A DNA stretch of 64,000 bases. Source: a bacterium. GTDB lineage: Bacteria; Patescibacteriota; Saccharimonadia; Saccharimonadales; SZUA-47. Each line of letters opens with the position of its first letter. Positions within the stretch are counted from its first letter, which is position 1. A program made the translations under genes and the position numbers. Below are positions 1 to 8,681 of this stretch, piece after piece. The DNA is taken from NCBI GenBank assembly GCA_030427445.1, contig JAUIBQ010000003.1:1931-65930 (forward strand), read 5' to 3'. The notes beneath the pieces were generated by a model, which was not told where the DNA came from, did no database searches, and was given only the letters and a program-made list of their open reading frames with translations.

Positions 1-1067
1 GAAATACCGCTTGCCGCCCAGTTATGCCTGTACAAACTACCCGGTAAAGGATTAATTTCATTAAAGTAAACAATCCCTGCCTTGGTATCAACGAGCATAT
101 CAATACGAGCAATACCTTCACATCCCAGTGCACGGTAAACCGTAACACCCACTTCCTGTGCAGAAGCGATAAGCTTTTCAGGTAATACTGCGGGGATCTT
201 ACTGTAGCCTTGGGCGCCGGTTTTTGCGCCCATTTTTTTGCCACTCTTACCTTGATTAAGGTACTTTGTATCAAAATCAAACACACCGTCTTCCTTAGAT
301 AACGGTTGCTCTACACTACCGAGGGTTAACGATTCGTCCGCATTACCCACAATAGGTAGGGTTACTTCGACGAGATTCTGCACCGCTTCTTCTACTAGAA
401 CTTTGTCATCGTAACGAAGCGCTACTTCAATTGCGTTTATTAATTCTCGCTCATTTTCAACCCGTGAAATACCTATGCTTGAGCCTAGTGACGAGGGCTT
501 TACGAACAGTGGGTAAGATAGTTTTTTCTGAATCTCCTTTAGCCACGTGTCGTGATGTTGCGCGTATTCACGTGCTGTAAAAAACTGCATAGTTGGTGTG
601 AGCACCTTATGGGCTTCAGCGAGAAGTTTTGAGGTTACCTTATCCATAGCGATTGCTGATGCTTCCAAACCGCATCCAACGTAAGGTACGTTAGCCATTT
701 CAAGCAACCCCATCAATGACCCATCTTCACCGTACGTGCCGTGAGTAGCTGGAAACACAATATCTATCTTCTGATATTTCTTCCTTCCGGCAAACTGACT
801 AGACTTCACCAACGTTAATCCTTCGCCAAACTGAAGTTGTACCTGCGGTGCTTTATCACAAAAATCGTTAATCTCACCACTTTGATATAACGAAATGTCT
901 TTTAACTTCTCATCCCAAAACCATCGACCACTTTTATCAATATATATTGGCTCTACTTTATAATTTCCAGTGGCTTCTAGTGGCTTAATGACTGCTGAGA
1001 TTGCTGTGATGATTGATATATCGTGTTCAGCAGAACGACTGCCAAAAATAACCGCTATCTTTTTCAT
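1..1067 (-). CDS. ddl: D-alanine--D-alanine ligase (3' end runs off window)
   Basis: Manual translation, not in the ORF track: MKKIAVIFGSRSAEHDISI..., FPATHGTYGEDG, FVKPSSLGSSIGIS, YFNEINPLPGS; next to Mur ligases. Confidence 0.93.
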   Translation of the reverse strand, partial: MKKIAVIFGSRSAEHDISIITAISAVIKPLEATGNYKVEPIYIDKSGRWFWDEKLKDISLYQSGEINDFCDKAPQVQLQFGEGLTLVKSSQFAGRKKYQKIDIVFPATHGTYGEDGSLMGLLEMANVPYVGCGLEASAIAMDKVTSKLLAEAHKVLTPTMQFFTAREYAQHHDTWLKEIQKKLSYPLFVKPSSLGSSIGISRVENERELINAIEVALRYDDKVLVEEAVQNLVEVTLPIVGNADESLTLGSVEQPLSKEDGVFDFDTKYLNQGKSGKKMGAKTGAQGYSKIPAVLPEKLIASAQEVGVTVYRALGCEGIARIDMLVDTKAGIVYFNEINPLPGSLYRHNWAASGI

Positions 1068-1108
1068 GTTTCAATTGTAGCATACAATTATTGATGGTTA
1101 ATTGTATG

Positions 1109-1681
1109 CTAAGCATAATGAGTTCTTGAAAGGTCGGCCGCACACCCATCACAATGTCCTGCCTGAGTTGGGTTATCGCTGATGGCATTAAAAGCTCTTT
1201 GCATATCTACGACGTTATTAACTTCTTTCATCACGCAATTATCTACTGCGCAATGGCCCGCAAAAGACGAAGAATTATCATAGCGTTCCGAGCTAGGTTC
1301 TACTAGTCCGAAACTATGTCCTATTTCATGAACTGTAGTGGCAAATAATTGCTCTGGACTAAGCCTGTAGCTTGAGACAATGACCTGGCCTTGGCCAGTT
1401 TTAGACATGCCAAATAGAAAATTAACACTTCTGTGTCCTAAATCTTCCCCTGTTGCCACAATCGATAAAGCACCATTTTGCCAAGATTTAAGACCGTCGA
1501 TAATATTTGCATCAACTTGAGTCGTCTTTCCTAGCTTAGGGTAGTGGTCCACTTCTATCCATTTATCACAAACCAGACCACCTACGCCTGGCAAAACTAA
1601 GCTTGACGCTCTTACAGCAAGCTCTATTGCATCCACATAATCTTCTGGTAACTGAGAATCCCTGAACAAAAGTGTGTTCAT
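1109..1681 (-). CDS. Archaemetzincin-like zinc metalloprotease (peptidase M54-like)
   Basis: HEIGHSFGL zinc motif followed by GHC...CVM and a C-terminal CxxC. Confidence 0.7.
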   Translation of the reverse strand: MNTLLFRDSQLPEDYVDAIELAVRASSLVLPGVGGLVCDKWIEVDHYPKLGKTTQVDANIIDGLKSWQNGALSIVATGEDLGHRSVNFLFGMSKTGQGQVIVSSYRLSPEQLFATTVHEIGHSFGLVEPSSERYDNSSSFAGHCAVDNCVMKEVNNVVDMQRAFNAISDNPTQAGHCDGCAADLSRTHYA

Positions 1682-1715
1682 ATCTATATATTATAACATA
1701 TATAAATCATATTTG

Positions 1716-3140
1716 TCAATGGTAGTTATCTGTCCAGTCATTTTGCATGAGGACAAGATCCCCGACTGCTAACCGATGCTCAAGACCTTCGTAATAACTC
1801 TTAGGGTTTAACTCAACTGACAGATCTCCTTTAAATCCTGCTTCAATAAGTGATTTTTCAATTATGCTCCGAACTGAATTATCCATAAGTACCACCTTAT
1901 CTGGTTTAGCTTTCGTTATAAGCTGGCCTATTTCTTCGTGGACACTCTGAGTCTTGTCTCCTTGCTCGACCAGGCCAGGTGTAACATACGTTTTACGCTC
2001 TGCAGGAAGAACTTCAAGTAATCGTAAACCTGCACGTACACCTTCAAGGTTACCGTTATATGTATCATCAATAACCCAAGCACCACTGATAAGTCTAGGT
2101 TGCATGCGATGTTCGTGTGGGGTTACACCCTTTAGAGCTTCTCTAATATCATCCCAGCCCATACTCGCAATCTCGTTAGCTAAGACAGAACTAAGCACCG
2201 CAACAGACACTAGGTGCTCGCCAATTAGACCCATTTGAAGTGTCTGTTTCTGCGCTCCTTTAGATATCGTAAATACGGTACCTTCAAGTGAGACAGAGAT
2301 TGAATCTATCTTCCAACCCAGAACTTCCTCGTCTGTGTATTTGTTCGATTCAATCTCAAGCATGTCTGCAACGAACTGACTAGCATAAATATTTTCACTT
2401 TTTACAAACTCTTGAATGCTCTTCAAGTCTTCTTTTAACAACTTTTCCGACTTGTAACTATCTAAGTGATTTGGAGCATATCCAGTTAGAATCGCAATAT
2501 CTGGGCTCACCAACCTAGATATACTAGAGATATCGCCAGGCTTAAACTCACCAAACTCTACAATCAAAAAATCATCGCTATTTTTAACGGTGTTAAGTAT
2601 CCACCTCGCATGACTCACGAGGACATTTTGATTCCCCGGAGTTGCAGATACAGGATGTTTGTACGACAGAATTGTGGTCAAAATCTCTTTCGTGGTTGTC
2701 TTGCCATAGCTTCCAAGGATAGCGATTTTCTTTGCTCTTGAATTTTTAAATCTTTCTGTAGCTCTCAGAATAAGACGCTTCCTGCCGAAGTGGTTGAGTG
2801 CATGACCTACTGTCAAAGCTGCAACGGTTATTGCAACCATCGCAAAAGGCACAAGCACAAATACACTCAAACTTAAAACATATAACGATTTTAGGGCTAA
2901 AAATCCAATGAGAAGAGCGGCACACAGATAGATGGTGTAGAGAACGGCTACCAGCAGCACAGCTCGCGTGGTGTAGTCCAGACGTTTACGTCTTTGCACA
3001 TTCAATAAACTCGGCAATCTCCTAAGCCATTTTAATAGTTCCCGAGGCTCATATTCTACTTGTTGAGCCATGTACACTATCATGGTAGGCGATGCTGGGC
3101 TATAAAAAGATAGCCAGAACCGAAGCAGTGTAGCCATCAT
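1716..3140 (-). CDS. murF: MurF-like Mur ligase with N-terminal transmembrane segments
   Basis: GSYGKTTTK P-loop, VEFGE, DDTYNGN; two hydrophobic N-terminal helices; upstream of ddl. Confidence 0.8.
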   Translation of the reverse strand: MMATLLRFWLSFYSPASPTMIVYMAQQVEYEPRELLKWLRRLPSLLNVQRRKRLDYTTRAVLLVAVLYTIYLCAALLIGFLALKSLYVLSLSVFVLVPFAMVAITVAALTVGHALNHFGRKRLILRATERFKNSRAKKIAILGSYGKTTTKEILTTILSYKHPVSATPGNQNVLVSHARWILNTVKNSDDFLIVEFGEFKPGDISSISRLVSPDIAILTGYAPNHLDSYKSEKLLKEDLKSIQEFVKSENIYASQFVADMLEIESNKYTDEEVLGWKIDSISVSLEGTVFTISKGAQKQTLQMGLIGEHLVSVAVLSSVLANEIASMGWDDIREALKGVTPHEHRMQPRLISGAWVIDDTYNGNLEGVRAGLRLLEVLPAERKTYVTPGLVEQGDKTQSVHEEIGQLITKAKPDKVVLMDNSVRSIIEKSLIEAGFKGDLSVELNPKSYYEGLEHRLAVGDLVLMQNDWTDNYH

Positions 3141-3895
3141 CGCAAAAACGTCCGTATTTCACTAAGTACTTTTTCTGGCTGGTCGACATGCAAGAAATGA
3201 CCAGCGTCAGGAATTATTTTTAAACGAGACTTTTTAATTGCACTAGCAAAATATTCTCCGTACGCTACTGGTGTTGCCGTATCTTTATCACCGTAGATGA
3301 GTATCGTGTCTTGGCGTATAGCTGTCGCTTGACTTCTAATATCTTCAGAAACAATCTTCTCAAAGGTGCTTCGCAAATCTTCTGCGACAAATACATCCGA
3401 CCCTATTGCCTTGTATGCACGCCTTTTCATTGTTTGTTGCACATGATGAGGCATAAGACGAGCTACTTGCTTAGCAGCCTTAGCAACCAGCCTGAGTGCT
3501 AGATTTCGCTTCGATGACGGATTACGCACACCTGAACTAGCCAATAAGACAAGTTTTTCACTCTTGAGTACGCCTCCAGAAGTGCCTTTCATTGCAATAG
3601 CGCCTCCGTTTGAATGCCCAATAAATGCATAGACCTCATTGACTTCAATTTTATTTAAAAATTCCCGAACAAACTCAGCATAGCGAGCTAAGTCGAAGGC
3701 CTCGCTCGGCTTCTGAGTTCCACCAAATCCCGGTAAATCAATCGATATACACCGGTATTTATCTTTAAGCGCGTCGCTAATAAAATTAAATGTCTCTTTA
3801 CTGTCGCCCCAGCCATGCAAAAAAACAAGCGCTTCTCCATCTCCAGACGAAGAATAACTCGTCAAAATATCTTGAACAACGACTGTTTTCATCAT
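3137..3895 (-). CDS. Alpha/beta hydrolase
   Basis: FLHGWG, DLPGFG, GHSNGG nucleophile elbow, GDKD, AGH; start set at the ATGA overlap with the upstream stop. Confidence 0.88.
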   Translation of the reverse strand: MMKTVVVQDILTSYSSSGDGEALVFLHGWGDSKETFNFISDALKDKYRCISIDLPGFGGTQKPSEAFDLARYAEFVREFLNKIEVNEVYAFIGHSNGGAIAMKGTSGGVLKSEKLVLLASSGVRNPSSKRNLALRLVAKAAKQVARLMPHHVQQTMKRRAYKAIGSDVFVAEDLRSTFEKIVSEDIRSQATAIRQDTILIYGDKDTATPVAYGEYFASAIKKSRLKIIPDAGHFLHVDQPEKVLSEIRTFLR

Positions 3896-5118
3896 GCAGT
3901 GGTCCAAAAAGTGCCTTTGATTTGCTTCCAGCGTTTTGACTGTCGTACGAGCGAGCTGGCATCTTCGGGATTTTTAAGAAGAAGTTTGACTGCCTCTTCA
4001 GCAAACACACCGTTTTGCGAGCCTTTACATAAAATAATAGTTTTATCCGATCGTGCATACGTCGCAAGTAGACTTTCTATAGCCTCAGCTGCTTCTTTGG
4101 GAGTGTCGCTGCGCACTACGTTACACCCATTTTTTTCTGCGCTCTTTGCAGTATGCGTGTTAGCTTCCTTGCCGAGCGTAACCACAAGATCAAGCTTCGT
4201 TTTATTACAGTACTCACCAATTTCTCTGTGCATTGAAGCGCTCGAACCACCCAACTCGTTCATACTGCCAAGCATGACTATTCGGTGAGTTGCTGGCACA
4301 GAATATAAATACTGGATTGCCGCGATGACTGCTTCGGGCGATGAGTTATACGTGTCATCAACCAAAGTAGACCCGTTTTTACCCTCATACTGGCGCATTC
4401 TCCCAGGAGGAGACTGAAATGTGATAACACCGTTTTTAACTTGCCCCATGTCTAATCCTTCGTGTTTCGCAATCCATAGTACAGCACCGAGTGCATCGTA
4501 GCTATGTTCACCGATGACTTTTAGCTCCTCATGCAGAATACCGTTCTCCGTAATAGACGAGGAATCGTAGTGAAACAGCTCTTTATTTTTTACAAGTTTT
4601 AAGTACGCACTATCTACCATCTTTTTGTTTACTAATACAGTGTCCGAGAACTGCTCAACTGCTAATTCTTCTCGAGCAACGGCATCGATCGTTTTAAAGT
4701 TCTCCATATGCTCAGGCGCGACGGCGGTCACCACTGCGATATCTGGTTGTAGCCATGCAAACTGCTCGATATCTCCCGGTCTATCTGTCCCAAGCTCCAG
4801 AACAAAATAATCAAAGTGATTCTTGGAGAAATAACTCATATATAATGACTTAAGAAGTAGCACCGCCCACGAAAACGGGTTCTTGGCATTCTTTGGTAAA
4901 TCATATCCAAGCACCGAAACAGCAACACCAAGATTAGTGTTATAGTTGTGTCTCGTCGAGCGAACCGAAACATTTGCTGACTTTAATACATGCGTAATAG
5001 CTTTTGTAGTGGACGTTTTACCTATTGAACCGGTTACTACGATGATTTTGGCAGGTGACACACGACGAAGATACTTTTGAGCTAATTTGCGAAGTACTAG
5101 TTCAAAAAATCCTGTCAT
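3892..5118 (-). CDS. MurF/MurE-family Mur ligase
   Basis: VTGSIGKTST, NYNT, VLELGTD, PEH, DDTYNSSP, LGSMNELG, KGS motifs. Confidence 0.85.
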   Translation of the reverse strand: MTGFFELVLRKLAQKYLRRVSPAKIIVVTGSIGKTSTTKAITHVLKSANVSVRSTRHNYNTNLGVAVSVLGYDLPKNAKNPFSWAVLLLKSLYMSYFSKNHFDYFVLELGTDRPGDIEQFAWLQPDIAVVTAVAPEHMENFKTIDAVAREELAVEQFSDTVLVNKKMVDSAYLKLVKNKELFHYDSSSITENGILHEELKVIGEHSYDALGAVLWIAKHEGLDMGQVKNGVITFQSPPGRMRQYEGKNGSTLVDDTYNSSPEAVIAAIQYLYSVPATHRIVMLGSMNELGGSSASMHREIGEYCNKTKLDLVVTLGKEANTHTAKSAEKNGCNVVRSDTPKEAAEAIESLLATYARSDKTIILCKGSQNGVFAEEAVKLLLKNPEDASSLVRQSKRWKQIKGTFWTTA

Positions 5119-5146
5119 TCTACCCTTCCCTTAGGATGTTTTCGTG

Positions 5147-6067
5147 TTAATTCGATTCAGGAGATAATCGTTGCTGGACTGCCTGCTGTAGCTCCTGGTA
5201 TGTGACATCTGTAGTTGGCTCTTCAGGACGTACTACGACTCCATAATTAGAATACTCTTCAACGATAGTTCCGTAGGCGACTTTTGTTATGACGCTATCT
5301 TTTGTACGAATCTCCACAGATGCACTCAACGTCCCTTCGCCAGCAGATGCTGGGTCAAGACCTAAGTCAGGGTATCCAGATGCTGTGAGAGCTATATTTA
5401 ACGCTTCTAGGTAAGGTCTGAGGGAGATGATGACAGGTATTTGTACAACTCCATCTTGTGTTAGAGCGTTATTTGCTTGAACTGTATACGCCTCTTTAAG
5501 TTTGCTTAGTACTTCAGCACGAACAGAGGAGTTGAGGTTCGCTATAGGTATAACAGAAACTAGACCACTCGCATACTGTTGTTGGTAGTTTTCAAGATTT
5601 TCAGATGGCGTCTCCTGAACTGCCCACTGGTCTATATACTCTCCCAACGACGTGCCTTCAGAAGATTCATAGTCTGTGTATCTTATGTAGTTGCTACCAT
5701 CGTAATACTGCTGAGCTTCTGTGCTAATCGTTAAATTAAAAGACTGAGCTGGGTTGTTCACTTCGGTCAAATAGTCTACGTGTATCAAACGTTCACCGCT
5801 CAAATATATACGCTGCATGTTGATGTCTTGTTGACCACTTGCACCTGATCGACTCGTCTTTACGACGCTCTGCGTACGAAGTGACGTTTCAACTGCAGAC
5901 CAGAATCGTCGCTCATTAAGCTTTTCTGCCTCATTGTAATCTGTTACATACCAAAATGATCCAAGACCAAGTAGTACGAGCACGGCAAGACTTGTAAAGC
6001 CGATCGACCACTTTTTCAGAGATATTGAGGTAAGTTTCTTATAAATTCTTTTAGGTAATTTCTTCAT
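5147..6067 (-). CDS. Hypothetical membrane-anchored exported protein
   Basis: 306 aa ORF, basic N-terminus plus one TM helix; TATAAT 7 nt before ATG. Confidence 0.7.
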   Translation of the reverse strand: MKKLPKRIYKKLTSISLKKWSIGFTSLAVLVLLGLGSFWYVTDYNEAEKLNERRFWSAVETSLRTQSVVKTSRSGASGQQDINMQRIYLSGERLIHVDYLTEVNNPAQSFNLTISTEAQQYYDGSNYIRYTDYESSEGTSLGEYIDQWAVQETPSENLENYQQQYASGLVSVIPIANLNSSVRAEVLSKLKEAYTVQANNALTQDGVVQIPVIISLRPYLEALNIALTASGYPDLGLDPASAGEGTLSASVEIRTKDSVITKVAYGTIVEEYSNYGVVVRPEEPTTDVTYQELQQAVQQRLSPESN

Positions 6068-6127
6068 GCCTGTAATTATAACAGTTTACGCACGTCATAC
6101 TATTTGATTGCTATAATTATGTTCACT

Positions 6128-6204
6128 GGGGCATTGGCGCAGTTGGCTAGCGCGCTTCCATGGCATGGAAGAGGTCAAGGGTTCAAATCCCTTATGCTCC
6201 ACCA
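6128..6204 (+). tRNA. tRNA-Ala(GGC)
   Basis: GGGGCAT/ATGCTCC acceptor stem with G3:U70, anticodon arm CTTCC-ATGGCAT-GGAAG, TTCAAAT T-loop, encoded CCA. Confidence 0.97.
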
Positions 6205-6207
6205 CGC

Positions 6208-7302
6208 TTATTCTTGGACGGTGACTGTGTCTCCGATTCCGAAACCTAAATCAACAAGCTGATTCATGTTCGCCGGAGAAACTCTCACACAAGCGTGAGA
6301 GGGACGAGAAACATCACCTTGATGAATCGCAATCCCGCCATCGAAGAAACGTGCATTACCCATTGATCCAGCAGGTCCACCTAGAGTCTGAGAAGCATAG
6401 TCTGGTCCTTCAGTTCTGTACACTTGGTTCGTTCCAACTCTTGTATGAGCTCTACCTTTGTACAGATATCCGTCTTTTTCATAGGTATATATTCGGTCAT
6501 CTCCATGGGATATTCTTGTCTGCATGACAAGCTCACCGCCGTCGTAAGCCTTCAACGTGTCGTCACTTTTATCGACAATCACCTTGTCTATATCTACATC
6601 CTTATCCTCAACCGATATAACAGGTGCTTCCTTCTGAACTCCAAGAGCTGTTAACGTAACACTTCCTGCCAAACAATCAGACTCCCCAAATTCTCTTTGC
6701 TGAAACTCAGCAAACCCGAGGAGCGTTCTAGGGCCTATGATACCGTTTGCATTTCCGACATTTACCCCATTGCTGTTAAGTGCTTCCTGGACAGCTATCG
6801 CTTCAGTTCCATTATCTAGTAATAAGTCACCGTCAGAACCTGGGAGAACATCTGCAGCCCAAGTAGTTAGGCGTATTTCTTCACAAGCCTCAGTAGCATT
6901 TACAGATGCCGATTGCTCGACCTTAAGCTGGTCACTTTCACCAGCAAATGCATCGATCCCTTGCGCTTTTTCAGCTGCTAGTTGCGTAATTGCCCCTGCG
7001 TAGCCACATATCCTTGTGTTTGCATCTAGAGCACCGATAACTTTCAAATCTTGTTGTGCACGATAGACATGCTCTTGTTCGTACTGAGAGCTTACTTTAC
7101 CGTCAACTGTGATGCCTGGGTATCCTGCATCGACAAGCTCTTGTTCACTTGCTCGACTCACATTTTGCCCAACCTCAAACACTTCACATCCTTCAGGAAG
7201 AATTTTCGATGCATCATATTCGGCACCCACGTCTGAAGCGGCCATGCCATATGTAGCAGATGCTACTGCAGCCATTGTTGCTAGTTTGTTGAAATTTTTC
7301 AA
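6208..7302 (-). CDS. L,D-transpeptidase (YkuD family) with peptidoglycan-binding region
   Basis: IAIHQG...SHACVR catalytic motif; VQEAL...ANGIIGPRT...FQ PG-binding pattern; start placed at TTG after AGGAG (ORF track extends to 7338). Confidence 0.85.
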   Translation of the reverse strand: MKNFNKLATMAAVASATYGMAASDVGAEYDASKILPEGCEVFEVGQNVSRASEQELVDAGYPGITVDGKVSSQYEQEHVYRAQQDLKVIGALDANTRICGYAGAITQLAAEKAQGIDAFAGESDQLKVEQSASVNATEACEEIRLTTWAADVLPGSDGDLLLDNGTEAIAVQEALNSNGVNVGNANGIIGPRTLLGFAEFQQREFGESDCLAGSVTLTALGVQKEAPVISVEDKDVDIDKVIVDKSDDTLKAYDGGELVMQTRISHGDDRIYTYEKDGYLYKGRAHTRVGTNQVYRTEGPDYASQTLGGPAGSMGNARFFDGGIAIHQGDVSRPSHACVRVSPANMNQLVDLGFGIGDTVTVQE

Positions 7303-7371
7303 AATAAACTCCTGCCTATTATCTCTATATATTATCATACTATTTATATTTTGTCAATATGCTTGAGCTAT

Positions 7372-7400
7372 AAAATAACCCCTGTTCTCACAGAGGTTAT
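7372..7400 (-). terminator. Intrinsic terminator
   Basis: Minus strand AUAACCUCUGU-GAGA-ACAGGGGUUAU-UUU; 11 bp stem with one G-U pair and a GNRA loop. Confidence 0.75.
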
Positions 7401-7485
7401 CTCGGGTGTGCCCACCCAGGCTCACGGGCTGTTTTTTGTGTTGTTGTGTTTATTTTAAGCGGGGAGCCTGATACACCCGATTACA
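7372..7485 (-). ncRNA. Candidate small structured ncRNA, family unknown
   Basis: Nested stems 7402-7409/7473-7480 (8 bp) and 7417-7423/7464-7470 (7 bp) enclosing an A/C-rich loop; own promoter and terminator. Confidence 0.6.
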
Positions 7486-7491
7486 TCTACT

Positions 7492-7520
7492 ACTATCGCT
7501 TATGCTTAGTAGAATGTCAA
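7492..7520 (-). promoter_or_regulatory. Sigma70 promoter for the ncRNA candidate
   Basis: TTGACA (7520-7515) - 17 nt - GATAGT (7497-7492). Confidence 0.6.
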
Positions 7521-7564
7521 GATTCCTACAGTTTCAAGGATTTAGCCCTGCTAAGATATATGCA

Positions 7565-8044
7565 ATGAATAAAAATCCGAATTTCTTAGCTGGCCGAGCA
7601 GTTGCATCTGTTGTTATACGGCGCTACGCTGGAAGTTTTACAATTCTTTTCGTCTCAATTAGTTTTGTAGGACTTGTAGTCACACTACTACTAGCCACAA
7701 TCTTCTCAGAGTGGTGGGCATTACTGATGGTGCTGTTTGTCCCACTACTAAGTATAAGTGGGCTACTTTACGTGGTCGTACGATTCATCTCATCGCGCAC
7801 AGCACCAAGAACACTAAGCAAGTCCGAACGAAAACAAACGCAAGAGTTTGTGAATGATGTACAGTACACCTACATTACTGCAAGAGCTATCAAAAGTTCG
7901 CCCACTGGAATTGGGCTTGCAGCTGCACTTGCGTATCTCACTGGTGGGAGGAATAAAGCTGTCAGATCCGTGATGAGTCCGATTGAGAGTTCAAAAGGAT
8001 TGAAAGAGAAGTTTGCAGACTTAGTAGAGCTTTTCTCACAGTAG
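7565..8044 (+). CDS. Hypothetical membrane protein
   Basis: Two TM helices; start moved to the MNKNPNF ATG because the longer ORF overlaps the divergent promoter. Confidence 0.7.
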   Translation: MNKNPNFLAGRAVASVVIRRYAGSFTILFVSISFVGLVVTLLLATIFSEWWALLMVLFVPLLSISGLLYVVVRFISSRTAPRTLSKSERKQTQEFVNDVQYTYITARAIKSSPTGIGLAAALAYLTGGRNKAVRSVMSPIESSKGLKEKFADLVELFSQ

Positions 8045-8593
8045 GGGCAGAACTGAAGGTGGGACCAGCTCAGCGACAGAAAGTCCCTGCTCATGTCGAG
8101 TCCTCACTTCAGTAGAGCTAGTAGTGAGCTGATCCACCTCTAGTATCTGAATATTATTGCCGTGGTCTTGTAGCTCATATCCAGGACGTTCAACAACCAA
8201 TAATGGCAAGTTTTCACGCAACCAATCCCCTCGCTCCCACTCGTGCATCGTATTTACACTGTCGCTACCGAATATCCATGTAAATGTAGCCTGAGGATTG
8301 TCTTCAGCCAGTCTTTCATAAGTAAGAAAGGTCTGTGACATCTCAGTATTTTTTAGTTCGACGTCGCATACCTGAGTTGTCGCCGTTGTGCTGAGACTAG
8401 CCAGCAATGCATGTGCGTAAGAGAGACGTTTTTCTACAGAAACTCCTATCTTTTTATCGTACCGTTCTCCACTTGGAAGTAACCAGAGCTCCATATCTCG
8501 CTCTACTGCATAGTCTGCGGCTGCTTGAGCAATTGCTTGATGAGCTACAGTAGGTGGATTAAATGCACCACCGTACACGATAACTTCTTTCAT
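8036..8593 (-). CDS. nadD: Nicotinate/nicotinamide mononucleotide adenylyltransferase
   Basis: YGGAFNPPTVAH, WIFGSDS, W, VVERPG, TSSTEVR motifs; NAD cluster context. Confidence 0.9.
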   Translation of the reverse strand: MKEVIVYGGAFNPPTVAHQAIAQAAADYAVERDMELWLLPSGERYDKKIGVSVEKRLSYAHALLASLSTTATTQVCDVELKNTEMSQTFLTYERLAEDNPQATFTWIFGSDSVNTMHEWERGDWLRENLPLLVVERPGYELQDHGNNIQILEVDQLTTSSTEVRTRHEQGLSVAELVPPSVLPLL

Positions 8594-8612
8594 AGTGGTT
8601 GTCCTTTCTTAC

Positions 8613-8668
8613 TTAGTGTTCTATTGACACTATATATAATGTTTAGTATAGTGTCAATAGAACACTAA
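8613..8668. promoter_or_regulatory. Bidirectional promoter with two NrtR-type operators
   Basis: Perfect 22 bp inverted repeat (8613-8634/8647-8668); each arm is a GT-N7-AC palindrome; TTGACA-N17-TATAGT on both strands. Confidence 0.85.
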
Positions 8669-8681
8669 CTAGGAGAAAGCC

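Noticed and set aside
7402..7480. SRP RNA, tRNA or retron RNA identity for the structured element
   Set aside because: No SRP helix 8 motif, no cloverleaf and no reverse transcriptase in the window; left unassigned.
8613..8668. Long inverted repeat as a terminator or MITE
   Set aside because: Lies between divergent starts, contains promoter hexamers and matches the sites at 13151-13213; better explained as operator/promoter.
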